Assembly: GCA_965369865.1 (NCBI GenBank)
Contig: CBDURU010000077.1
Coordinates: 1-17,696 of the forward strand
DNA from: an uncultured bacterium
Lineage (GTDB): Bacteria; JAJVIF01; JAPKYR01
Reading direction: 5' to 3'
Length of the DNA: 17,696 bases
How positions within the stretch are numbered: position 1 is the first letter of the stretch; every line of letters begins with the position of its first letter. Positions 1 through 7,624 of the stretch are shown piece by piece. The position numbers and the translations under genes were made by a program. The notes beneath the pieces are model-generated. The model was not told the DNA's origin, did no database searches, and saw nothing but the letters and a program-made list of their open reading frames with translations.

Positions 1-17
1 CGTGATAATGCGATCCT

Positions 18-94
18 GGAACCCCACTATTTTCAACTATAAAAGGGACAACCTCCCTCTTTTCGCCCGTCGAAAAGCAGGTGTCCCCCTAAAT
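18..94. repeat. Left copy of a REP-like composite palindromic element (GGGAC...GTCCC arms around a 24-bp hairpin core); imperfect inverted repeat of 17618-17696
   Basis: ggaacc-ccactattttcaacta...gggacaacctcc...tgtccccctaaat aligns with the reverse complement of the right end, ggaaccgccacttttttcaacta...gggactatctcc...tgtcccctaaat. The core ctcttttcgcccgtcgaaaagcag is at 57-80. Confidence 0.85.
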
Positions 95-98
95 TCTC

Positions 99-251
99 AA
101 TATGTCCAATCAATATTTTTTAATCTATTTAACACCCCCAAACGCGTGGCGTCGTCACGCTGAGTGAGACATCTCCATCCCGCAAGCCTGGAAATTCTCC
201 GGGTCGAACGTGCTTGTCGACGTAAATCAATACTAAATATGTCCAATCAAT
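99..251 (+). repeat. 16-bp perfect direct repeat AATATGTCCAATCAAT (99-114 and 236-251) bracketing the 84-bp element
   Basis: Identical 16-mers read directly from the sequence. Confidence 0.85.
142..225 (+). repeat. 84-bp structured intergenic repeat, copy 1 (REP-like or possible ncRNA)
   Basis: 81/84 identical to 17424-17507. It has a GTGG tetranucleotide followed by cgtcg...cgacg arms, and an internal cctgga/tccggg hairpin. Confidence 0.9.
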
Positions 252-420
252 TTTTGTTTATCGGAATTGGTCTCAAACCTGCTACTTGACTCTTTGCAAG
301 TTATATGTTAATTATTTAGTAGTAATTACCTCGTGCCGGGTTAGAAGGTGGTAGAATTAGCTTATAAAACGGGAATTTCCCTGAGAAATCGATTCAATTC
401 AAACAATCGGAGGTGTTTTT

Positions 421-1623
421 TTGAGGACTTATATTCTGATATGTTTATTGGCGTTACTGGCTCTCGGTTGCGCGCGGAATACCGGGAATCCCGCCTTGCC
501 GGGAGTTTCGGACGATCCTGCCGCAGGTGTGGGAGGGTTGGAAACCACAGCCGGACGTGAAGCTTCATTTCACAATCCGCACAAGCTCTGGGCCGCGGGA
601 AATCTGTATTTCGATCCCGACCATGAGAAAGTAGAGATAGTTCCGTTGCGATTTGGGGGGACACACCTAAATGTGCTCAGGTTTTTCGAGACGTCGTGCG
701 ACAACTGTGTGTTGATTACAGGGATCGCGAATAACGGCGACGGCACTTTCAACCTCTCAATTGAAATCACTCATCCGTTCCCCGGGCATCCTGAATTGAC
801 CGTTTTCGATCCAAAGCTGATTTTGATGTTCAAGGGATCGCACGTGATACCCGTGCTAATCCACAAATTCCCGCTTTACCCGATCGACTGGCGGTTGTCG
901 TGGCGCCTGATGGGCGATCCGGAGGTACTGAACGCCGACGGTTACACCTGCTTCTGGAGCCCCGATTACGATTCCGGGATCGATCTTCCGCTATTTCAGT
1001 ACTGGGAGGGAAAATACGCGTTCGGTGGGACGCCGACCGCGAATCTGAACGCGTTTCTCAACTTCTACTCAAACGAGGACAGGCATATGCTGGAAAGCGG
1101 GAAGAATGTCGAAAGGACATTCCATATCTCGCTGCCGGACGGTCCCTCGATGGCGGGATACGCGCTTGACGTATGCTGGGAGCCGCCGGTCAACATTCCG
1201 GTTACTAATCCGGCCGACGATTTTCCGATCACCGCGAACCAGCCCGAGATGTTCGAGTTCAAGGTGATCTACAACAACGGCGAAGTAATCACCGATTACT
1301 TCTGCTGCAACATGTATGATCACAAAATAGAAGAAGGCCGTGTCGAGATGAATTACTGGTACCTGCTGCCTGATGCGTTGGATCAGCCGAACGGCGGGAC
1401 AATGACTGATTCATTTTGGATGAATCCACCAGGCGGTGTCTTTAGTGCCTGTAATTCTCCGGATCCGGAATATATCAGGTGCGGGAATCAGCTTAACCTT
1501 GGGTTCGTTCCCGATGGTACTTACCAATGCATTGGATATGCTTCATGGTATGACTACAATCCTGGTGAGGTACAGCCCCACCAGGCATTTGATATTTTTG
1601 AATTGGTTATTGATCGTGAATAA
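421..1623 (+). CDS. Lipoprotein of unknown function with a conserved N-terminal domain shared with 4005-6782 and a Cys-containing C-terminus
   Basis: 400-aa ORF. GGAGGTG RBS at 409-415 precedes a TTG start. The signal peptide ends in lipobox LALG-C. Confidence 0.85.
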   Translation: MRTYILICLLALLALGCARNTGNPALPGVSDDPAAGVGGLETTAGREASFHNPHKLWAAGNLYFDPDHEKVEIVPLRFGGTHLNVLRFFETSCDNCVLITGIANNGDGTFNLSIEITHPFPGHPELTVFDPKLILMFKGSHVIPVLIHKFPLYPIDWRLSWRLMGDPEVLNADGYTCFWSPDYDSGIDLPLFQYWEGKYAFGGTPTANLNAFLNFYSNEDRHMLESGKNVERTFHISLPDGPSMAGYALDVCWEPPVNIPVTNPADDFPITANQPEMFEFKVIYNNGEVITDYFCCNMYDHKIEEGRVEMNYWYLLPDALDQPNGGTMTDSFWMNPPGGVFSACNSPDPEYIRCGNQLNLGFVPDGTYQCIGYASWYDYNPGEVQPHQAFDIFELVIDRE

Positions 1624-1647
1624 AAATTGATCTCTGGAGGAGAAACA

Positions 1648-1793
1648 ATGTACAAACGACTCATTTATCTACTGATAGTGATTTTGTCATTTTCGTGCAG
1701 CGGAAAAGGCCCAAACCCCCTTCTGACAACAATATAAATAAATTTGAAGATGAAAACCTTGATTTCATGCGGGTTTCCCTACCATTCTATTGA
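1648..1793 (+). pseudogene. Truncated/frameshifted lipoprotein gene remnant
   Basis: GGAGG RBS then ATG 1648 gives MYKRLIYLLIVILSFS-CSGKGPNPLLTTI* (stop 1735-1737). Adding one C in the C5 run at 1716-1720 extends it as PSDNNINKFEDENLDFMRVSLPFY* to 1793. Confidence 0.6.
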
Positions 1794-1930
1794 AGGTTCT
1801 AAGTATGTTTGCCGAGAATAGTGCCCTGCATAAGAGAACGATTTCACAATCCAATTCCTGCCACGCTATAAATCATTATAGCATTTTTGCATTATATTAG
1901 CTCGGAGCGCCTTTTAAATTGAAATCGAAT

Positions 1931-1959
1931 TTGCGGGAACCGGGTTCTGCCGATATAAT
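1931..1959 (+). promoter_or_regulatory. Putative sigma70 promoter for the ABC ATPase
   Basis: TTGCGG (1931-1936), 17-bp spacer, TATAAT (1954-1959). ATG is at 1972. Confidence 0.55.
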
Positions 1960-1971
1960 CCTGACAGGCTT

Positions 1972-2751
1972 ATGTCCAAAGGTTTCGGTGAAATAGATCT
2001 GAATGTCCCCGCGATCGAGTTGATCGATATTGTCGCGGGCTATGGCGACAAGATCATCCTCGATGGAATTAACCTGGAAGTTAACCATGGGGAGATTTTT
2101 ACGATTATCGGGCTTTCCGGCAGCGGCAAATCGACACTCCTCAAATTGATAATCGGGTTTCTCAAGCCCAAATCGGGATTGGTACGTGTAAACGGAAAAA
2201 ATATCACCCGCATGTCGGAACGGCAGATGAACCGTATCCGCAGGGGTATGGGAATGCTTTTCCAGCATGCCGCGCTTTTTGACAGCCTTTCAGTTTACGA
2301 TAATGTCGCGTTTCCACTGGTGTATCGAAGAGAAATTCCTGCGAAGAAGATCAACCGGATAGTGCATGAAAAACTTGAGGATGTCGACATGGAAGGCACC
2401 GGCATGCTGATGCCGGATGAACTCTCGGGCGGAATGCAGAAACGTGTCGGACTCGCCCGTGCCCTTGCCGAAAACCCCAGGCTGATTCTTTACGATGAAC
2501 CGACGACCGGGCTTGATCCGGTGATCACCAACAACATCAATGGCCTGATCGTTCGTACCCGCGACCGTTATGACGCCACCAGCCTTGTGATCAGCCATGA
2601 TATGGATTCCGTGCTTAAAGTATCCGATCGCGTCGGGGTCCTGGTATACAAGAAATTAGCATTTATCGGCACACCGGATGAATTACTGTCCTGTGAGAAA
2701 CCTGAAGTCCAGGCGTTCATCAGGGGAGAGGAAATCCTCGAGCATTCATAA
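1972..2751 (+). CDS. mlaF: ABC transporter ATP-binding protein, MlaF/Mkl/TGD3 family
   Basis: Walker A GLSGSGKS, GMLFQHAALFDSLSVYDNVAFPL, signature LSGGMQKRVGLARA, Walker B LILYDEPTTGLDP and the H-loop ISHD. This combination is typical of MlaF-type ATPases. Confidence 0.85.
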   Translation: MSKGFGEIDLNVPAIELIDIVAGYGDKIILDGINLEVNHGEIFTIIGLSGSGKSTLLKLIIGFLKPKSGLVRVNGKNITRMSERQMNRIRRGMGMLFQHAALFDSLSVYDNVAFPLVYRREIPAKKINRIVHEKLEDVDMEGTGMLMPDELSGGMQKRVGLARALAENPRLILYDEPTTGLDPVITNNINGLIVRTRDRYDATSLVISHDMDSVLKVSDRVGVLVYKKLAFIGTPDELLSCEKPEVQAFIRGEEILEHS

Positions 2752-2863
2752 TGTTATTATATGAGGAGTTTGCGAGTTGGATTTTGCCCTTAGTAAATTT
2801 CCTGATAATCACTCTTGTCCAATATAAAATTTCCTCAAATGGTTTAAAGTAAGGATTACCCCT

Positions 2864-2952
2864 ATGTGCCGTTAGCTTCCAGCTATCGGATAGCAAGTGC
2901 CGACTGCATCCTGCTGTTGGGTTCTTCATGTGCCATTAGCTCCAGCTTCAAT
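2864..2952. repeat. Cluster of three degenerate REP-like hairpins, consensus GTGCCnnnnGCwTCCwGCT
   Basis: Copies at 2864 (gtg ccgttagct-tcc-agctatcgg), 2895 (gtg ccgactgca-tcc-tgctgttgg) and 2928 (gtgccattagctccagct), spaced 31 and 33 bp apart. Confidence 0.65.
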
Positions 2953-3046
2953 CGAAAAACAGACTAAACGTGCAGATCTCTGCTCGGATAACATGATTTA
3001 ATGATTTGGATGCCCTATCCTATGGGATATCCTGTCCATTTTCAGA

Positions 3047-3075
3047 TTGTCTTGGGCAGCAGTGCCTGATAATAT
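3047..3075 (+). promoter_or_regulatory. Putative sigma70 promoter (extended -10) giving a leaderless dciA-like transcript
   Basis: TTGTCT (3047-3052), 17-bp spacer, TAATAT (3070-3075) with TG at 3067-3068. ATG is at 3083 with no SD sequence. Confidence 0.45.
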
Positions 3076-3082
3076 AAAAACT

Positions 3083-3388
3083 ATGGAATCCCTTGGAGAT
3101 ATTCTGAAACGATTTCAGAAGGATTACGGACTCGAACGGCGCCTTACCGACGATGAGGTCAAGGTTCTTGTCTATCGGCACATCGACCCTGACATGGCGG
3201 ATTTTATCCGTGCTGTCTGGCTCGAAGGCAATGTGCTTGTTATCCAGTGCACCGAGCCGGTCGCGGTGCAGGAATTCCAGATCAGGGCAGAGGGAATCAG
3301 GTTGAGGATTAATCGGGATGCGGGACGGTCCGCGCTGGCCAGTGTAAAACTGACCCTGAAAGGTGCGCGCAGGAAGAGAAGCCTATGA
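3083..3388 (+). CDS. dciA: DUF721/DciA-like protein (putative replicative helicase loader)
   Basis: About 100 aa with an N-terminal MESLGDILKRF...GLERRL, then LEGNVLVIQC-EPVAVQEF...IRLRINRDAG...VKL. This matches the DUF721 KH-like pattern. ATG 3083 is preferred over TTG 3047. Confidence 0.65.
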   Translation: MESLGDILKRFQKDYGLERRLTDDEVKVLVYRHIDPDMADFIRAVWLEGNVLVIQCTEPVAVQEFQIRAEGIRLRINRDAGRSALASVKLTLKGARRKRSL

Positions 3389-3813
3389 AAGATTTTTCAG
3401 ATATCCCGGATGAAATACTTCAGAAAGTCCTTGATTCACATTCACTTGCGATCTGGCCTGTAGATAGTAACCCCATGCATGACTCCTACCAGATCGCCCG
3501 GTTTTTCGAGGAAGAGGGCTGGATTATTTATCCGATACACGAGACCGAAGAACGTATCCTCGATTTCCCCTGCTACCGCGACATTCGTTTAATTCCGGAC
3601 GATTATGACATCCTGCTTCTATTCATTCACATCGATCAACTTCCTGTTGTGGTAAACGAAATTTTTAACGCGGACTTCATCCCACCGCTTGTCTGGATGC
3701 ATGAGGGAATTACCGATCTTGAGTCGAGGGATCGACTGAATGAGGGTGGTTTGATGGTCATCATGGATATGGACCTTCGCGACTTCTTCTCATGGGCGAA
3801 GTATCGTGATTGA
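3385..3813 (+). CDS. YccU-like CoA-binding-domain protein, divergent
   Basis: The size (142 aa) and pattern (SY-IARFF--EGW-IYPI, IL-FPCY-DI--IP, VWMHEGI, GLMVIMD) follow YccU/CoA_binding_2. It overlaps the upstream stop (ATGA). Confidence 0.7.
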   Translation: MKDFSDIPDEILQKVLDSHSLAIWPVDSNPMHDSYQIARFFEEEGWIIYPIHETEERILDFPCYRDIRLIPDDYDILLLFIHIDQLPVVVNEIFNADFIPPLVWMHEGITDLESRDRLNEGGLMVIMDMDLRDFFSWAKYRD

Positions 3814-3864
3814 ATCCACGGTTCGACCGCACGCCAATCCAAATACCGAAATCGGAAGGACATG

Positions 3865-3908
3865 ACACTGTGATATATTAACTTTGAATGTTACAATATT
3901 AACAGTGT
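3865..3908. promoter_or_regulatory. Imperfect ~18-bp-arm inverted repeat (operator or terminator-like) upstream of the large lipoprotein
   Basis: acactgtgatatattaac-tttgaat-gttacaatattaacagtgt. Confidence 0.4.
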
Positions 3909-4004
3909 TGGAAAGCCAGGTAAATAAATCCAGTTTGGTCAGGAAAGCGTCTCGATGAAGTCTCAAAGTTTTTTCTACCCTGGCATTAAAGGCCGGTGAT
4001 TGAA

Positions 4005-6782
4005 ATGACCCGGATTAAATTCTTCAGACTTTCTGTAATAGCTGTAATTTCCATCATTCTGACAGGATGTTCTTCAGGAGTAAATAATCCTGTAGCTGCG
4101 GAAGTTGGAAATTCCGATGGCTTGGGAGATATAATCACACATCGCGATCAATCAGGCACGTTCATGCTTGGTCTCTGGTACTGTTCGATGGAACCCGGTG
4201 AAACCCAAATCGATATCACTCCCCTTAGAACAGCGGAAATAACCCTTAATATCAATAATCTGCTATCTAACAGCCCCGGTACTTTTACGATTGGCGATCT
4301 CGACCTTTCAAATTTCGATACCGGACGTCTGGGATGTACTATCACGATCAAACACCCGTTGGACGATATGGACCAGTTTCACATCTTCGATGTCCTCGGC
4401 GTTTTTCTCCATAACGGGGCATCGATCCTTGAGTTCGATCCGTCCGCGCCTACCTACTCCGGTGGTCCCGATGCCGGTGAGAATGAAGCATTGCTTCTCA
4501 ATCCCGACGGATATACGCGATGGTTCAACCAGCCGGAATTCGATGGCGACGGGCCCCCGATCCTTGAATATACGCCCATGGGATTTTCGAACCTGCCGTT
4601 ACCGACCGCGGTGTTGAATCCATATAAAATTTTCGCCGACAGCCTTGGGGAAGAAACCGATTATTACACATGGATTACCACACCCGGCTATTCGAATTTC
4701 AGGAATATCTTCCGTGCGGGGATGAGTAATTCGAGAAGGTATGATTTCCAGTTTCCCATGATCGATAGTGTCCCGGTACTGAATTTCCAGTTCGCCGTGA
4801 TTGCTAACTGGGAACCGGGAGATCCGACCCTGACTGGAAATCCGAATGTCTATGAACCGGGTGATTTCCCTTCCAGCGCGAACCGCGAGGAACCGTTTTT
4901 TGTGAATGTATCGACTGTCGCGAGTTCCCTTTATTTTGATTCAACCGGGCCCGTTCCCGAATTCGGCGGAAACTTCATAATTGATATCGAAATTTTCGAC
5001 TGGCAGGGCGGCCAGGTGGAAGGTAACGGCGTACTGAATGAAATCGAACGTGTTGTAATCGAAACCGACTTTATTCATTTTAGTGGAATTGTGCAGATAA
5101 CTCATCCCGATCTTAAATTTATGTCGATGCCGGGAACCGAAAATTCTTCCGTTGTTCATGTCGAATTTTACGACTGTACTCCACAAGAAGCCGGGGAAAT
5201 TGAATATTGGGTTATCGTTGAAAGCTCCGGACTTAGGGGTGACAGTTACTACCAGGGACTTCCGTCCTTGTACCCGGAAAATGTCAGGCGTTCGACGTAC
5301 AAAAGAGAATCAATCTGGATTTCACCGGAAGCGCCGTGGGTAAATACGCCTCCCGATATCACCGGAATAGAGGACGATATTATCGGTCCCGGGGCTTATC
5401 AAAATCCAATCACGGATGACGATAAATCGGTCACCTATTCGCCGATTTTCACCGATCCCGATATCGACCAGACCTGGGAAATCACCTGGTGGATTGTGAA
5501 TAAGCTTGCATGGCCGCTTCCATCGGGGATTGTCGAGATGCCAGTTGACTGGTCGAATTACGAACTTAAGGATTATGACATCTACGTAATGGTCGATGAC
5601 GGGTACGATGCGGTCCAGAGCGGGCCTTACGACATTACTGTAATTAAAGGATCAGTTCCGGAATGGACCGAACCGTTGCTCATTGACTATTCCTCCTGCA
5701 TGCCGCGTGCCGTGGAAAACTGGGATAACGACCTTGTCCTGATTTACCACAAACAGCATACCGGAATCATGTACGCTGTGAATACCGGTGAATGGTCCGT
5801 TCCCGAAACCGCATACTACTGGACCGATGGAGGCGACAAGGAAACCGCGCCAACCTGCCTCTCGATAACCCGTGGTGAATCCGGCAAGACAGTTTACGGA
5901 TCTTTTAGCGGCTGGGGAGAGGATGAGATGAGCACCATGGAAATTGACCGCCATGCGATCAGGTGGAACGGCGATACTGGTGCATGGGATTACACTTACC
6001 TTTGGGGAATGGCTGAACAGGCAACGCTTATGCTCCCCGATGACGACGGTTCCTACCTGAATGTTTACAATTTCACATTTATGGGCGATCCGGGACCAGA
6101 GTTACGTGGAAGCGATCGGGCATTCTGGGGACAGACTGTGCACGATCCGTTCCTCCTCCCGACTTACGATTCCTGGAGCTGCACAATTTCAAACTGCAAG
6201 GCCGCGGAACGTGATGAGTATTTCCATTACATTGCTTACCGGAGGGTGCTTGGTGGACAGTCCGCGCGGATCGCCAGGATTTCGAAATCAAGCGTCACTG
6301 TTCACGGGGAATTCTCAATATATGACGGTGTAAATAACGAAGAAATAGACTCTGTCGCACTTGATATGGACTCTTCGGGTAATCTGCACGCAGCCTGGAG
6401 AGTGTATGACGATGATCTGTACCGGATCGATTACGCGAACTCTTCAGACGGGGGCACGACATGGTCGGAAGCGATGACTGTTTTCAAAGTGCCGGAATCT
6501 TACTATGGCATCCAGGGTAACCAGGTCGGAATCGTCACAAACTCATCTGATAATATATACATAATTTTTGCCTGGGATCTCTATCTTTACATGGTCACAT
6601 CTGAGGACGGCGTGTTGTGGAGCGAACCGGACAGCCCGTACACCGGACCGCTTCCCCTCGGCTGGCACCACACGCAGCCATACCCGGTGATGACTTCGGA
6701 TGACATCCTGCACGTGTTTTATCTTGCTAAAAATGAACAATGGCAGTTCGGAAACCTTCTTGAAATAACATTCGGTCTTTAA
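4005..6782 (+). CDS. Large lipoprotein: conserved N-terminal domain, Ig/PKD-like segment and C-terminal Asp-box (BNR) beta-propeller-like region
   Basis: 925-928-aa ORF with lipobox ILTG-C. It has an NTPPDIT...FTDPD Ig-like start and Asp-box-type motifs SSDGGTTWS and TSEDGVLWS. ATG 4005 has GGTGA upstream; GTG 3996 is the alternative start. Confidence 0.85.
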   Translation: MTRIKFFRLSVIAVISIILTGCSSGVNNPVAAEVGNSDGLGDIITHRDQSGTFMLGLWYCSMEPGETQIDITPLRTAEITLNINNLLSNSPGTFTIGDLDLSNFDTGRLGCTITIKHPLDDMDQFHIFDVLGVFLHNGASILEFDPSAPTYSGGPDAGENEALLLNPDGYTRWFNQPEFDGDGPPILEYTPMGFSNLPLPTAVLNPYKIFADSLGEETDYYTWITTPGYSNFRNIFRAGMSNSRRYDFQFPMIDSVPVLNFQFAVIANWEPGDPTLTGNPNVYEPGDFPSSANREEPFFVNVSTVASSLYFDSTGPVPEFGGNFIIDIEIFDWQGGQVEGNGVLNEIERVVIETDFIHFSGIVQITHPDLKFMSMPGTENSSVVHVEFYDCTPQEAGEIEYWVIVESSGLRGDSYYQGLPSLYPENVRRSTYKRESIWISPEAPWVNTPPDITGIEDDIIGPGAYQNPITDDDKSVTYSPIFTDPDIDQTWEITWWIVNKLAWPLPSGIVEMPVDWSNYELKDYDIYVMVDDGYDAVQSGPYDITVIKGSVPEWTEPLLIDYSSCMPRAVENWDNDLVLIYHKQHTGIMYAVNTGEWSVPETAYYWTDGGDKETAPTCLSITRGESGKTVYGSFSGWGEDEMSTMEIDRHAIRWNGDTGAWDYTYLWGMAEQATLMLPDDDGSYLNVYNFTFMGDPGPELRGSDRAFWGQTVHDPFLLPTYDSWSCTISNCKAAERDEYFHYIAYRRVLGGQSARIARISKSSVTVHGEFSIYDGVNNEEIDSVALDMDSSGNLHAAWRVYDDDLYRIDYANSSDGGTTWSEAMTVFKVPESYYGIQGNQVGIVTNSSDNIYIIFAWDLYLYMVTSEDGVLWSEPDSPYTGPLPLGWHHTQPYPVMTSDDILHVFYLAKNEQWQFGNLLEITFGL

Positions 6783-6836
6783 AGAACAACTGAAATATAT
6801 TCTGGGATAATAGCGGCGCTGAGTTTGAAATAATAT

Positions 6837-7574
6837 ATGTTGCGGAAACATGAAATTAACTGGGGTAACTTTGACCCGGACTTGCTGAGAAATCTTGCAG
6901 CTATGCCTGGTGGGACTTCACTCGCGGCAGAGTTAATTAAAGCTCTCGAACCCGCACCCCGGCATCACTGGCTCGATTTCTGCCCCGGCCCTGAAATCCT
7001 CGCCCCGGTTCTGGCTAAGGAATACGGCATGAGAGTGACCAGCCTTATCCAGGATCCACGCTGCGAGATCAGGCTTGAGGACGCTGTTTCGAAACTTGAT
7101 GTCTCGGAGCTCGTCAATGTGATCCCCGGCGAACGAACCAGTCTGCCGGTACCGTCCGAAGAGTTCGACCGGGTCTTCTGCCTTGGTAATCCTTTCTTCC
7201 CCAAAATTACCCCTGAAATGGCGGCTGAAATTCACAGGGTCCTTATCCCCGATGGACTCGTGGGATTTGCCGGTCCTGCAAGTTTTAAAAATTCAACTCC
7301 TCCTTACATGGAACAAGCACACGTGGATAATCCGGGAATGTTTATTAAAACCCCGGCATGGTCGGCGCTTCATTTCTCAAGGGAAGGTTTCCACATTGTG
7401 ACCGCTGAATACATCCACGGTACATGGGATCTCTGGAATGAGTGGCTCAAGAACGCTCCCCCTGAACGGATCCCGGAAAGTTTTAGAAAAGCGATTATCG
7501 AGGACAAGGGGCGCTGGCTGTCGATGGGGTTGTTGATTCTACGCAAACCCTCCAAACCCGCCTGGGCTTTGTAG
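6837..7574 (+). CDS. Class I SAM-dependent methyltransferase-like protein with degenerate motif I
   Basis: PGG...L...L-P...WLDFCPG...LAKEYGMRV, LPVPSEEFDRVF and EIHRVLIPDGLVG follow the Methyltransf_11-type fold. Confidence 0.7.
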   Translation: MLRKHEINWGNFDPDLLRNLAAMPGGTSLAAELIKALEPAPRHHWLDFCPGPEILAPVLAKEYGMRVTSLIQDPRCEIRLEDAVSKLDVSELVNVIPGERTSLPVPSEEFDRVFCLGNPFFPKITPEMAAEIHRVLIPDGLVGFAGPASFKNSTPPYMEQAHVDNPGMFIKTPAWSALHFSREGFHIVTAEYIHGTWDLWNEWLKNAPPERIPESFRKAIIEDKGRWLSMGLLILRKPSKPAWAL

Positions 7575-7624
7575 AAAGAGACGTTGCTCAAATGATAAAA
7601 TTCTCGATTCTGGAGGATATTAGG

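Noticed and set aside
416..422. T7 tract between the RBS and TTG start as a phase-variation switch
   Set aside because: The tract is short, and slippage would only alter RBS spacing by 1 nt; there is no evidence of variation.
1380..1623. Diversity-generating retroelement variable region
   Set aside because: I found no template repeat with adenine-specific mismatches, and no reverse transcriptase is in the window.
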